A DNA stretch of 63,790 bases, counting the filler, from Octopus bimaculoides (Eukaryota), in the NCBI RefSeq assembly GCF_001194135.2. It is 7 parts of 7 records of this genome, joined end to end, with 100 filler letters (N's around TTAATTAATTAA, not from the genome) between each part and the next. Parts side by side here need not be neighbours in the genome. Positions count along the whole stretch, not along the records: positions 24,640 to 40,854 come from NC_068991.1; positions 40,955 to 52,157 come from NC_068987.1; positions 52,258 to 58,256 come from NW_026307429.1; 4 more parts are not named here. One strand, written 5' to 3'. The position numbers were made by a program, and so were the translations under genes. Positions within the stretch are counted from its first letter, which is position 1; the number at the start of each line of letters is the position of its first letter. The notes under the pieces were generated by a model. It worked only from the letters and a program-made list of their open reading frames with translations. It searched no databases and was not told the DNA's origin. Positions 39,901 through 52,738 of this stretch are shown one piece after another.

Positions 39901-40810
39901 ACAGCATTTTTTTAAACGGGTTCTATTGAGAACACGACTATGTTTTAGTGTAATCTTATATTAAAATATTTTCTTATATGTCTATCCGACACTTGTAGTT
40001 CGTTTGAAACAACAAAATTCCCAAATTCATTGCTATCAACCTTTCTAAGTTATCTCAGCCTTTTTATCAGGATGTGGAGTGGTTTTAGCTTCAATGCTGT
40101 TTTATTTATAGTGGACGAAAAATGTTTGTATAAACTTTACAACCCAAATTTAACCGTTCGAACTTGCATGTGTAAGGAGTGTATATTGTATGTTAATTGT
40201 GACTACGTGTTGTGCTATTAGTATTGCTTCCATAACCAATCCTCCACATCTGTGAGGATGTCTATAAGTATGGAAATATTTTCTGTCAATTTGCTTATTT
40301 AGTATTGCTATATGATATTTGGTTTAGTGTGTAGCAATTGTTCTTTCTTCTAAATACATGGCCATACTAACTCATATATTACACTTCTCTGGTCAGCATG
40401 GTAATTGGAATGGAGAAGTTTGTAACTTTCACTTGCAGTCAAATTGATAAATTACTTTGATTTGAACATTTCCAAGATTTTTAGAACGTTTACCAAGTGG
40501 AAACTCGTGGCTTATCGCAAGGCTGTGGTTTCGTTTCCTGAACCGGACTACGTGTATGCGTTTTTGCGAAAAGCACTCCATTTCACGTTGCTCCAGAGAC
40601 ACTCAGCCGGCAAAAATGAGTAACCCTGTGACGGACCGGTGTCCTGTCCAGGAGCGAAATTTGTATGCTATAGAAACAGAAAACTCGCCATTATGAGTCT
40701 GCATAACTCGGGAAAGAACTTCACTGTTTGTACAACATTTAACTGCACATATAATTGATTGTATTCCGAAGTTGTTATGTCTGTAGATAGATATGCATGT
40801 AAGTATGTTA

Positions 40811-40854
<44 letters not shown>

Positions 40855-40954
40855 NNNNNNNNNNNNNNNNNNNNNNNNNNNNNNNNNNNNNNNNNNNNTT
40901 AATTAATTAANNNNNNNNNNNNNNNNNNNNNNNNNNNNNNNNNNNNNNNNNNNN

Positions 40955-41166
40955 CAGTTATGGCTTTATTGATCAATAATTGATCTTTACAGCCGTATGA
41001 GCCCTTGCAGCATCCCTTCTGCTCTTCTGGAAACAGGTTGTTATTTTCCAGGTGTTTACTCAATCTCTGCGATATTATTGCAGTAAAGGCTTTGTAGATC
41101 GTAGGGAGACAGGTTATAGGTCTATAGTTTTGTGGTTTCTCCGTTTCCGTGGATATGGGGATTAAG

Positions 41167-41168
<2 letters not shown>
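40955..41168 (-). mobile_element. R4/Dong-type LINE RT fragment abutting (TAA)n
   Basis: KPQNYRPITCLPTIYKAFTAIISQRLSKHLENNNLFPEEQKGCCKGSYGCKDQLLINKAI. Cut by a gap. Confidence 0.85.
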
Positions 41169-41211
<43 letters not shown>

Positions 41212-41463
41212 CATGGTGATTTCAATTCCTAAACTGGATGGTGCGTTGTGCTCCTGAGCAAAACACATCGATCCATGTCGCTCTGCGATCACTTCGACAC
41301 CTGACACATGAGACACAGTGCACCTGGTAAGACAACGTCTATTTGATGGAGAGAGTGAGCTAATGTGCGGTACGAACACTTGATCACTATAAACAAATTA
41401 GTAGTGCAGGTCGTTCGGGAAAAGTTGAACACTCGCATGTCGTCTTCGACTGGGATGTCCACC

Positions 41464-41531
<68 letters not shown>

Positions 41532-42458
41532 CATTATTCACAGTACAGTTATCACTAAATAGTAACAGCTGGTCTACTGTAGTCATATGCGATAATGAGA
41601 CGAATGTCCAATCTAAATAAGATCTCAAGGGTACGAAGTACAATAAATTCATTATCAATGTATCAGCTGAAGAAACTAAATTAAATTTTTAATAGCTAAT
41701 AGCTAATCTTTAAAGCTAAGTCTGTAACTAAAATAGACATTAAACTGGTAAATCTGACGGCTATGAATACATCAAGGTAATTAATTTACATGATAAACAC
41801 TTTTCATGAATCTCAACTAAATTCATTTGATGAAATAACATTGCTACAGACAAACAGACAATAACTATTAGGCATACTGGAATATTTGACAGAACTTATA
41901 ATACGGGTGACAAATTTGGCATATGTTGTTAATTTCTGAAATAAATTACTGCAGTCTGTTATACTAACGCCGTCAAGATATAATTTTGAAGCGTTTATCA
42001 AAATTGTTATAAACATTCCTAGCTTCCGAACGACATCCAAACAACTGAAATACGAATGGATATGTCTTAGTAATCGCCGATTTAGTGATTATTTCATCAG
42101 CTTAAAGCATGATAATGCTGATACAAATTTCACTTGACAAATACAGCGATAGTCTTACTAAGTAGTAGAGAACACAGCAATGCCGAACGATTATAATGTA
42201 CAGAAGCTAGAAATAACATGTACAGAACGTGTAAATTCCACGTGTCTTGCTAATTATCATAATTAAATGAAAGAATTTACAGTTGTTTCATGTTAATCAT
42301 GACTGTAAATTTAAGAGGAAGGTTTCAAACAATGATGGTACTGGCTGAAGGTTAAAAGTTTCATTAGAGAATTTGTTAAATTTTAATCAACTTCATACAG
42401 GTTTTCCTGCATCATCTTGTTATAAAAGAGAAATCGCGATGTAGCTCATAGATCATAG

Positions 42459-42842
42459 GTTGTTGTTGTTGGCACTCTGTCGCTTACGACGTCGAGGGTT
42501 CCCGTTGATACAATCAACGGAACAGCCGGCTCGTGAAATTAACGTGCAAGTGGTTGAGCACTCCACAGACACGTGTACCCTTAATGTTGTTCTCGGGGAT
42601 ATTCAGCGTGACACAGTGTGACAAGGCTGACCCTTTGAATTACACGTACAGCAGAAACAGGAAGTAAGAGAAAGTTGTGGTGAAAGAGTACAGCAGGGTT
42701 CGCCACCATCCCCTGCCGGAGCCTCGTGGAGCTTTAGGTGTTTTCGCTCAATAAATACTCACAACGCCCGGTCTGGGAATCGAAACCGCGATCCTATGAC
42801 CGCGAGTCCGCTGCCCTAAGCACTGGGCCATTGCGCCTCCAC
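42459..42842 (-). mobile_element. Full-length family A SINE
   Basis: Reverse complement of the 14594-14979 type. AGATCATA direct repeats flank it. Confidence 0.92.
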
Positions 42843-42899
42843 ACAGATCATAATTACCGATAATAATAGTACCATCACCATTAACAAGAAACAGGATCC

Positions 42900-43600
42900 A
42901 CCTCTTGGTAATATTGCTAAGTCAGAGATTTCTGGAAGTTGTCCATTGTCTTCGGGATAGCCATTTGGAAAGTTCTAACGTCCGCCTTGTCCAGGCTGAG
43001 CTCCAGATGTCAGGCGCCCAGACATAGTCTTCTCTTGTTTCAGAATGTTTGCTTCGTCACAGAAACGAATTATGGGAAAGTTGTCTGCGAAAAAGCTACA
43101 TCTGCTTGCTAACCAGGAATTTCTGTAGATGCCACAACCTCAGTGCATGACAATGTATCATCAGTCATGATATACTGAGACGTTTGCGCAGATGCTGTTG
43201 CTAGCAGATGAAACATTTGATCAATAGCATGTGCTTCTTCAATCAATTGTGAAAGTGCAGCTGCTTCAATCTCCTTAAAGGAAACTAGAGTAAGACTCAA
43301 TTATCAGAGTGTTTTACGAAAGAATAGATGTATGAGTTCGCCACTCCTGACCGACATTTCAGAGATAGCTTCCTCAAGTTTTCGGAACAGACGCGTAAAA
43401 TATTACTTAAAAAATTCACATATCTGCTTAGAATCGTATAGCGTCCGCCCATCCCCGTCTGTTAAAAACCACATCGTGACTTTTGTTTTTGTTTCCATAT
43501 CGTGTCTCTGTCTTCCGGGTCCATAGCATTTTAAAAAGAAGTTTGTCACAGTGGTCTTAATCTTGAATAAGAGTATACTTGTCATTCAATATGTGTCCAA
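42900..43600 (-). mobile_element. Decayed Tx1/L1-like ORF2 fragments
   Basis: DGRTLYDSKQICEFFK*YFTRLF and CHALRLWHLQKFL motifs, with stops and a deletion. Confidence 0.45.
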
Positions 43601-43645
43601 TTTTTAGATGTTTCTTAAAGGAAAATTTCGATATAGCTATAAAAT

Positions 43646-43679
<34 letters not shown>

Positions 43680-44080
43680 ATGATGATGATGACGATGATG
43701 ATGATAATGCTAATAATAATGATAACAACAACAACAACAAAAATAAAAACAACAGCAATAATAATCATTTCTACTATAGGTACATAGCCTGGAACTTTGG
43801 AGGAGAGGTAAGCCGATTACATTGACCCCAGTGTTCAACTGGTACTTATTTTATCGACCCTGAAAGGATGAAAGGTAAAGTCGACCCCGGCGGAATTTGA
43901 ACTCAGGACGTAAAGACGAGAGAAATGCCGCTAAACATTATGCCCGACGTGCTAATGATTCTGCTAGCTCACCGCCTTGTCAACAACAACAACAACAACA
44001 ACAACAACAACGATAATAATGATCCTTTCTACTATAGGGGAGCTCACGATTCTGCCAATAATAATAATAATAATAATAAT

Positions 44081-45390
44081 CATTATTGACAAGAATAAGC
44101 CTGTTATGTACTGTGAAAGCATTCAGAGATGACATCGGAATGGAATTTGATCTTGATAAATGTGCCAAGGCCACTTTCCAGAAAGGGAAACTGAAGACCT
44201 CAAATTCAGTGATGCTAGATGTTGACATAGTTATAAATGAACCTGAGCAGGAACAAATTTACAAGCACCTCGGAATAAATGAGGGGCTCTGGCATTCAGC
44301 ATGCAAGCATGAAAAAGAGACCAGGAAGGAATGTTACAGGAGATGAAATCTGAGTTAAATACCCGTAACAAGGTGTTAGCCATAAATTCCTTAGCAGTTC
44401 CAGTTGTTATTTATAGTTTCAATGTGTTGAACTAGAATATCAGCGAAATAAAGAAAATTGACAGGAAAATCCATAAGCTACGAGTTACATATTTGCCATG
44501 CAAAGGTTTCATTCTGTCATGAAGGAGAGCAAAAATTTGTTAGTGAGTTCATGTATAATACCCAAGTTGAACAGCATGATGGAAGCGCGGTAACGTGTTG
44601 TAAAGAAGGTGAAACCAATGGCAACGCAAAAAGCGTTTGAACAACTGGCTGCTAGGAGGGAACAAAAACCTCTGCATGGCAAATATGTGGCCCGTAGCAA
44701 ACAAGCTGATGTGGACTAGAAGCACGCTCATCAGTAGATATTAAGGCTAAAGGCAGAGAGTAAAGGCTTTATCTTAGCTGCTCAAGATCAGAGCTTACTG
44801 ACCCGGAACTATCAAGCTAATGTGATGAAAAATGGAGTAGACTTAAAGTGCTGATACTGCAAAGATAAGATTGAAACAGTGGACTACTTAATCTCAGGGT
44901 GTAAGGTTTTAGCACCTGTAGAGTATAAATCAAGACATGACAAAGTTGGCCGATATCTACACTGGATAATATGACAGCATTATAAAATCAAAACTGCCAA
45001 CAAATGGTGCAAACATCACTCTGAAGCTGCAACTGAGGAGATGTAACGATTCTTTGGAACATTCCAGTACATACAGACCGGACCATCAAAGCTAAGAAGC
45101 TAGATGTTATTGTGAAAGACTAAAACAATGGTCTATTTATTGATTGATATGAGCATACCTTGTGATTATAATATCTCGGCAAAAGAATTTGATAAGCTCA
45201 GAAAATATAAAGATTTGCTGGTTGAAATCGAAAAGATGTGGCATCTCAAGACGATTACAATACTAGCTATTGTAGGAGCATTTGGAATGATCAAAAAAGG
45301 AACTGAAAATTATTTGAGGATGCAGGAAATACAAAAGATGATCTTAACTGGTACGTCACACGTACTGAGAAGAGCATTGTCGCTGTGAAT
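44081..45390 (+). mobile_element. R4/Dong-type LINE pseudo-ORF (RT end, CCHC, RLE)
   Basis: DDIGMEF.LDKCAK, YKHLGI, LKSELN..NKV.AINSLAVPV, AAQDQ.L.TRNY, C..C....ET..(H)L.SGC, RHD.V, LIDMSIP.D.N..KE.DKL.KYKDL, with many stops. Starts right after (TAA)n. Confidence 0.9.
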
Positions 45391-45622
45391 TTTCTTTTCT
45401 TTTCACCTTTATTTCCTTTGATTTTTTTTCATTCAGTTTTTCTTATTTTCTTCTTTCCTTTTTCTCTCTGTCCTTCTCTTTTTTTTCATCGTATGACTTT
45501 GTAAATGAACAATCTGGGGTCTTTATTTTAATGGCCTACCAATTTATAGAGTGAGTTTCTTTGCCATAGGTGTCGAGAAAACACTCAGCAAGAAATGGAA
45601 GCAAAATTGAATGAGGATAACA

Positions 45623-45694
<72 letters not shown>

Positions 45695-46036
45695 GAAAAG
45701 GAAACAGAATTGAAAGAAGATGATAATGAAAGTCATAATAATAATAATGATAATAATGATAATAATAATAATTAATGGAACCCATAACAAAACCAAGCAA
45801 AAAACGGCGGACGGATTATCAGAAATACTATAAAATAGTTGATTCAGGAGTTACACACGCTCACTACTATGCAACACCCCTCCAAAAGCATACATGAATA
45901 AAATAATACTGCAAATGCCCAACAAAATGAACAAAACCCACATGCGCCATAGAAGGACGATGCCCGACAGAAGAACACAACCTGGAAATAATTGTTGTCT
46001 TAGTCTTTCATAATGTAATCAATCGCTCTGGCTAGG

Positions 46037-46143
46037 TTCTTCTTCTTCTTCTTCTTCTTCTTCTTCTTCTTCTTCTTCTTCTTCTTCTTCTTCTTCTTCT
46101 TCTTCTTCTTCTTCTTCTTCTTCTTCTTCTTCTTCTTCTTCTT

Positions 46144-46174
<31 letters not shown>

Positions 46175-46198
46175 TTATTATTATTATTATTATTATTA
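46037..46198 (+). repeat. (TTC)~45 followed by (TTA)n
   Basis: Directly visible. Confidence 0.95.
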
Positions 46199-46499
46199 AG
46201 GCTACGAGATGGCAGAATCGTTGGCATGCCGGTGAAAATGCTTAGTGTCATTACGGTCGTTCTTAGGTTCTGAGTTCAAATTTCCCCGGGGTCGGCTTGC
46301 CTTTCATCTTTTCAGGGTCGATAAATTAAATATTAGTGAAACACTGGGATCGATAAAATCGACTTCCCCTCCCCAAAATCTCAGGCCTTGTGCCTATAGT
46401 AGAAAGGATTATCATCATCATTATTATGATTATTATTATTATTATTATCATAAAATCATTACATATCTTGAGGTTTGGTGATAAAATTCACAAACTATA

Positions 46500-46960
46500 A
46501 AAATTTTTCTTAGGATTCTTAAAGAATGTAGGATGGTACTTTCCTACAGCTCAACAATATGAGTCTCAATTTCAATATATTTCAGTCTCTTAGGTGGCAT
46601 TTTGATGTTGTACCAAGTGCACCAATTACCATGGAAATAATTGTCTTAGTCATTCATAATGTAATCAATCGCTCTAGCTTGGTCCTGATATCTCTCAATA
46701 GCTTTTCAATTTCTTTATCGCCACTATGATATCATAGGGAATTGTAAAGTCTGTGATCTTAGTCTTTTTGTTTATTTTGTTCTCTATAATCATATTTGGT
46801 CTTCTTAATTCAATAGCATGGTCATTCTTTATAGTGAATTTCACTTAAATCCTCTAATTCTTATTTTCTATTACAGCTTCTGATTCGTGTTGATAACACT
46901 TTGTTATTTCGAAGCTACTCTTTCGAATAATATCTCAATGCACGCTTTTACCTATACAGT
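46500..46960 (-). mobile_element. Decayed R4/Dong-type RLE region
   Basis: ..DHAIELRRPNMII.NK..K...I.DFTIPYD..VIGALG-like translation. A ~40-bp piece is duplicated at 45995-46035. Confidence 0.6.
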
Positions 46961-47644
46961 GATACCTGAGCTTATATTCTTTTCTTACCGCTATTATATA
47001 AGACTGTGAGCTGGCAGAATCGTTAACATACGAATAGCATGCTTACCTATATTTCGTCCGTCTTTACGTTCTGAGTTCGATTTCTACCGAGGTCAACTTT
47101 GTTTTTCATACTCGATAAAATAAAGGCGCCCGGGCAATTTGTCCCCAGTCAACTCGTCGCTGTATCACATATTTATTTTTTCTTAAAATTTAAGATTGTG
47201 TGCAATTGCTTTTAAAAAAATAATCTTTTGGCTAGGTTCATATTTTTCCATAACATTTTTATACGCAGATTCATATTTCTGTATTTTCCATTTTGGCTTG
47301 GTTCTTCTCCTTCCATAAACTTCTACAATTTTATACTGGCAAACCTTACCCCACATTTAATCACATCAATAAGTTACCAAATATTTGGATGACTAATATT
47401 CACTGTATTTTTCAGCGCGCTGTGGTAGGCTTCTAAACTATTTGTAGTACGAGCAATCCCCATCATACATCAACCCCCAAACATTCCATATAAGTAATGG
47501 ATATGGAGGTTCAAGACGTCGCCTCTTTGACGTCTTCCTCTAAGTCAATGGTTTCCAGCCTTTCAAAGTGGTTCCCAAAAGCAGTTCCCAACCCTTTTAT
47601 TTAAATGTGTTTTCCCCCACGGACCCTTTTAATATGCATATCCT

Positions 47645-47687
<43 letters not shown>

Positions 47688-47930
47688 GATCATTAGTATA
47701 TATATTTAAAAGAAAAGGTGTTTCTCTGTATGTCCAGTGATACACATTAACCGGTTATACCGTTTTACAGACCGGAGTACATGTTTATGAGCATGCGCGA
47801 AAACAAATATTATCGTCAACGCTATTTGAAATTTTTACTTCGCGGTTCAATCTTACGACCTATCCATACGATTTAGTTTGCTTTTGTGATATAAGACATT
47901 TAAAAATATTTATTGCATGGCGTTTACTCA

Positions 47931-49168
47931 GCGGAATTATGACGTAAGCACGTGCTAAAACCCCTCATAACTTGTTTATTTTTACGAATTTTTACAAAAT
48001 TTTTTCGATTGTCTTCTGCATAATGGAATTAATATGATTATACAAAAAATATTTTAATCCCTCCCCGACCCCCACCCGATTTCTTTCTTTTTTTAGTTCG
48101 TGGTTTTAAAATATGGACAGTTCAAATCTATCATTCGTTTCTCTTTATAATATCCAGCTGATTTTTTAAATACTTCAAAATCAAAATTTCGTAAATATGT
48201 GTGTCAGAAACAATAGGTAAAAATTAAGGAAATAGATTTTTGGAAGATCTCTTACTATGACAGAATTTTATTCCATTATTCTAATACCTTCTGAAACTTA
48301 TACATATGCATGTATAAATGCATACAGAAAGATATATATGAATATATATATATACACACATGCATTTTTACAGAGTTAGTTATATATACATCCTTGTATA
48401 TATATATATATATAAATATTTCGGCATATCTACACAATTTTGCCCCAAAGATTTTCTTCATAACTTTAAGAAAATTAAATGTTTCTTAATGAAATTTTTT
48501 ACAAATATGCTTCAGATCGTATAGATTCCGATTAAATTGGAATTCATTGTGAAAACCGTTTGTCCCCAAAGGAGTTTTAGAAAATTCACATCATTAAGCT
48601 TTGTTGTGTATACATGTATATTTATGTAGGTGTATACGTATTGTCTTAATTATATCTTTATACACGCACATACACACATAACAAACCGGCACATCGTCGG
48701 TTACGACGATCACAAGTACCCAAAACTTTTTTGTCACTCTTCCAACTTCGTTTTTCCTTTTAAAAAGAAGGATTTCGTCTACTTGGACTATATGTCGTAT
48801 CACTGTACGGCTGTCTGTCTGCTAATATTCTTGATAGACATGCAGTTTGTCGCTGGCATTTCACATATAAAGTCCAGGATTATGTGAAAAAGTTTGAAGA
48901 CTGTCAATTAACTTTTTTTCCATAAAAGTTTTTAAAAATTATTTGGAAATTATAAAGAGAAACGAATGGTAGATTCGGACTGTCTGTATTTTAAAACCAT
49001 GAATAAAAAAAATGAGGAGCGGGGGGAGGATTGGGGAATTAATTTTTTTTTGCATAACCGTATTAATTCCATTATGCAGAAGATAGACCCGAAAAAAGTT
49101 TTTTTAATTCGTGAAAATAAAAAAAAGTTATGAGGGGGTTTTAGCACGTACTAATATCATAATCCCGT
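47931..49168. repeat. ~245-bp inverted repeat arms (47931-48175 / 48925-49168)
   Basis: GATTATGA..CACGTGCTAAAACCCC.CATAAC..TCTTCTGCATAATGGAATTAAT..CATTCGTTTCTCTTTATAAT occurs on opposite strands, roughly 75-80% identical by eye. Confidence 0.85.
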
Positions 49169-49605
49169 CAATTGTTTTTCTTAAAACATATGCTTAGTTG
49201 TGTGTTATTTTTTCAGTTAATATATCTTATTAATTCATCATTGTTTTTTAATATTAAATGCACATTCTGTTAATAACTCCTTTGTAGTATTTCATCTTCT
49301 AGGTCTCTGCTTTATCGGATCATTAGTAATATATTTATGTATTTCATCCACGAAATCCTGGGTTGCTATTTTTCAAAAGGGTTTTTGTGGTTTCTTTACA
49401 TTATATATATATNNNNNNNNNNNNNNNNNNNNNNNNNNNNNNNNNNNNNNNNNNNNNNNNNNNNNNNNNNNNNNNNNNNNNNNNNNNNNNNNNNNNNNNN
49501 NNNNNNNNNNNNNNNNNNNNNNNNNNNNNNNNNNNNNNNNNNNNNNNNNNNNNNNNNNNNNNNNNNNNNNNNNNNNNNNNNNNNNNNNNNNNNNNNTGCA
49601 GCTTC

Positions 49606-49820
49606 GAAGATATTTGTTAGCCATTCAAAGAAAGTAAAAAAAAAAACAAAAAAAAACCGTTAGATTCACTTCGACATTTAATTGTCATGCAGCACGAAGT
49701 TTTGTCAGTGAACAAGTCACAGATTCAGAGAGACGAAAATATTTTGACAGAAATTAAATTTAAATGTTGAAGTGAATCTAACGGTTTTTTGTGTGTTCTA
49801 AATGGCTTACAATTATCTTC
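49606..49820. mobile_element. Palindromic MITE
   Basis: Nested inverted matches GAAGAT.TTTGT.AGCCATT and AAAACCGTTAGATTCACTTC.ACATTTAA at both ends. Confidence 0.75.
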
Positions 49821-49889
49821 CACTCTACAATTGTTTTTGTTTCAGCACACGATCTCAGATCAGGTCACTTGTTATGCAAGTACATCTCT

Positions 49890-50925
49890 GTAATTTAATT
49901 TTCATTTGTGTCAGAAGTTTCGTTGGTCGACCAGTATAACAGACGAACTTTATCCAGGACAGGCACCAGCTGACAGACCAGATTTAACTGACAGAGTATT
50001 TAATATGAAACTTAAGGATCTCTTGCATGATATTTTGGATAAAAATGTTTCGGGAGAGGTTGCAGAGTACATGTGGACTATAGAGTTTTAAAAGCATGGA
50101 CTACTCTATTGTCATATGTTGTTCATGTAAAAAAATCGATCCAGAACATTATGATAAATTAGTTTATGCAGAACATCCAAATCCACAAACACAGCCAATT
50201 CTGTTTCAACATGTCACCAAAAGCATGCTTCATGGTCCATGTGGAAGAAATAAACCCAATGCAACATGTATGGTTGATGGGAAATGTAAAAAAACATTTT
50301 CCTAGAGACTTTCAGGAAAATACATTACACGTTTATAATGGCTATCCACCTTACTGACGTCGAAATAATAGTTTTACATTTACGAAGTCTAATGTTGAAT
50401 TAGATAATCTTTAGTAGTACCATATTCCCCCTTCTTTTTAGTCAAATATGGAGGTCATTGTAATGTAGAGATATATGCACCTGTAAAATCAGTTAAATAT
50501 ATTAGCAAATATATTCATAAAGATCATGATCGGGTAACAGTCAATATTAGTGAACAAACCGATGCACAACAAACACACAAAGATGAAATTGAAAATTATA
50601 CCAATGGCCGCTATGTATCCTCATCAGAGGCACTTTGGGGGATTTTAGGGGTCAACTTACGTGGTTCATATCCTGCAGTCAAGCAGCTTACATTTCATTT
50701 ACCCCAACAGCAATACATTTACTTTAATGACGCCGATGATATTGAACAGGTTATCCACACACATGATAGGTCCACTTTCACTGAATGAATGTGAGTTAAC
50801 CAAGAATCACCAGCTAACTCATTTGCACGTACATTACACTATAATGATTTCCCTGAATTTTACTCATGGAATAATAGTGAGAAAATTTAGCATCTCAGAA
50901 AAAATAATACATACTCAATTGGGTG
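49890..50925 (+). pseudogene. Helitron Rep domain pseudogene fragment
   Basis: DRPDLTDRVF, WTIEF*KHGL..H, SMLHGPCG, GYPPY*RR, VVPYSP, KYI.KYIHK.HDR, DEI.NY..GRYVSSSEALW.I, HLPQQQ, with stops and frameshifts. Confidence 0.92.
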
Positions 50926-51421
50926 TGTAATATTCCTATGAAGCAGTGCAAATGGAGGTATTTGCGACAATGCATAGTCGTTTAAATTCTGAACTTCACG
51001 AGAAATAAATGAGCGAGGGGCATCACGAGATGAAATAAACTTTACTTTAATATTTGAAACTATTATCCTTGCATTCACCCCTGAAGTAGTTCAAGCGTGA
51101 TTATGGATCCCAATCTTCTTAAGCTCTTTATAATTTTCATCTGCATGAAGTCTCGCCTTGCACACACGATTTTCGTACCTCCAGTATATCTTCAATCCAT
51201 CTGCATCCTGCTTGTTTTTTGTGTATATATAATTTTCTTAATCGACCACTTTGATTTTTTCCTTTCCTCTGAAGTTATGATCTTGCAGGTAGTCATGCTG
51301 ATGGGTATTGAATAAATTTAATTCGATTTGCTTGAAAATCTTTGTTCGTAAACTGTTCAGCGCAGATACTTAAGAGAGAGCGAGCGAGTGTGCAAGTGAG
51401 AGAGAGAGAGAGAGAGAGAGG

Positions 51422-51512
<91 letters not shown>

Positions 51513-51771
51513 GGGTTAAAGAAAGGAAAAATATATTTAAAACTGTGCAAGGACAATTTTAATTCTAAAGTGATTGTTCTAAACTTGCCCTCGAAGATCC
51601 CTTTGGCCAGCGACGAATTGACCTGGGGATGAATTGATCAACGACGAATTGACCGGGGACGAATTAACCGACAACGAAATAACTGGGGACGAATTATCCT
51701 AGCACCAAAATATGTACCCCCAGATTTCAAACCTTGTACCTATAGTAGAAAAGTTCATTATCATTAACAAT

Positions 51772-51824
<53 letters not shown>

Positions 51825-52104
51825 CTACTACTACTGTCTCTGATTTAGGTAGAATGTCAGCGATTTTACAACTCAAATTATGCATTTCTCGATGCTTTTA
51901 CATTTACAAATAAAGATATTTACTTTCTCGCAATCAGTGTCTATTTTAGATGGTTAAAAACCCAGTAGGTTACTACAATGGAATATGCATCACGTCTCTC
52001 TGGATAGGTGATTCGAGACCAGCATGCAGCATTCTTTTTCTTTCGGTGAAGGTTTTTTTTATGAACTATTATTTACTACTGAATCTGTTTCGAGACACAT
52101 CGTT

Positions 52105-52157
<53 letters not shown>

Positions 52158-52201
52158 NNNNNNNNNNNNNNNNNNNNNNNNNNNNNNNNNNNNNNNNNNN
52201 N

Positions 52202-52213
52202 TTAATTAATTAA
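52202..52213. other. Assembly linker TTAATTAATTAA inside N-runs (also at 24584, 40899, 58301, 60462, 62577)
   Basis: An identical 12-mer giving stops in all six frames sits between N blocks six times. Confidence 0.9.
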
Positions 52214-52738
52214 NNNNNNNNNNNNNNNNNNNNNNNNNNNNNNNNNNNNNNNNNNNNATATGTGTGTGTTTGTGTGCGTGTGAATATTCATATATATATT
52301 TATATATTTATATATGTATATATGTATGTATATATATATGTGTGTTTGTGTGTGTGTGTGAATATTCATATATATATTTATATATGTATATATGTATGTA
52401 TATATATGTGTGTGTATGTGTGTGTATTTGTGAGTGTATTCTTGTGTCTGTGTTTGGTTCCCTACAACCACCTCTTTCCAACCAATGTTGGTGTGTTTAT
52501 GTTCTTGTAACTGAGCATTTCAGTAAAGGAGACTGATAAAATAAATATCAGGCTTAAAAAAAAAATTACTGGCGTTATTTCCTTTGCTTAAAATTTCTTT
52601 GGGGTTGTGCCCCAGCATGGCCACAGTCTAATGGCTGAAACAACTAAGAAATAAAAGAGAAAAGGATATGAAAACTGCAATGAGTATGTAACCAGTTCAA
52701 ACTGGCTTACCTTCTATGTTCATGTGTGTCTGTGTGTT

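Larger units (their letters stand above)
47125..51706 (-). mobile_element. FLYWCH-type Mutator (MULE) transposon with nested inserts
   Basis: TIRs GGCGCCCGGGCAATTTGTCCCCAGTCAACTCGTCG / rc GGTGCTAGGATAATTCGTCCCCAGTTATTTCGTTG. N-terminus at 51290-50935 (YIYTKNK..KIYWR..CKARLH..HNH). C-terminus at 47510-47190 (IWNV..RTTNSLEAYH..SHPNIW..KY.N.N.RI..LKAIAHNL). Confidence 0.85.

Noticed and set aside
40000-40450. Further Penelope RT fragment (minus strand)
   Set aside because: The motif resemblance is too weak to support by eye.
41813-42040. LRR-like ORF (KLYLDGVSITDCSNLFQKL)
   Set aside because: A single weak repeat lacking the conserved Asn. The nearby acceptor is phase 2 for this frame and does not fit the SRCR phase-1 donor.
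52202-52213. Recurrent TTAATTAATTAA as a biological motif
   Set aside because: It is always embedded in N-runs and is a scaffolding linker. Order and distance across these joins are unverified.
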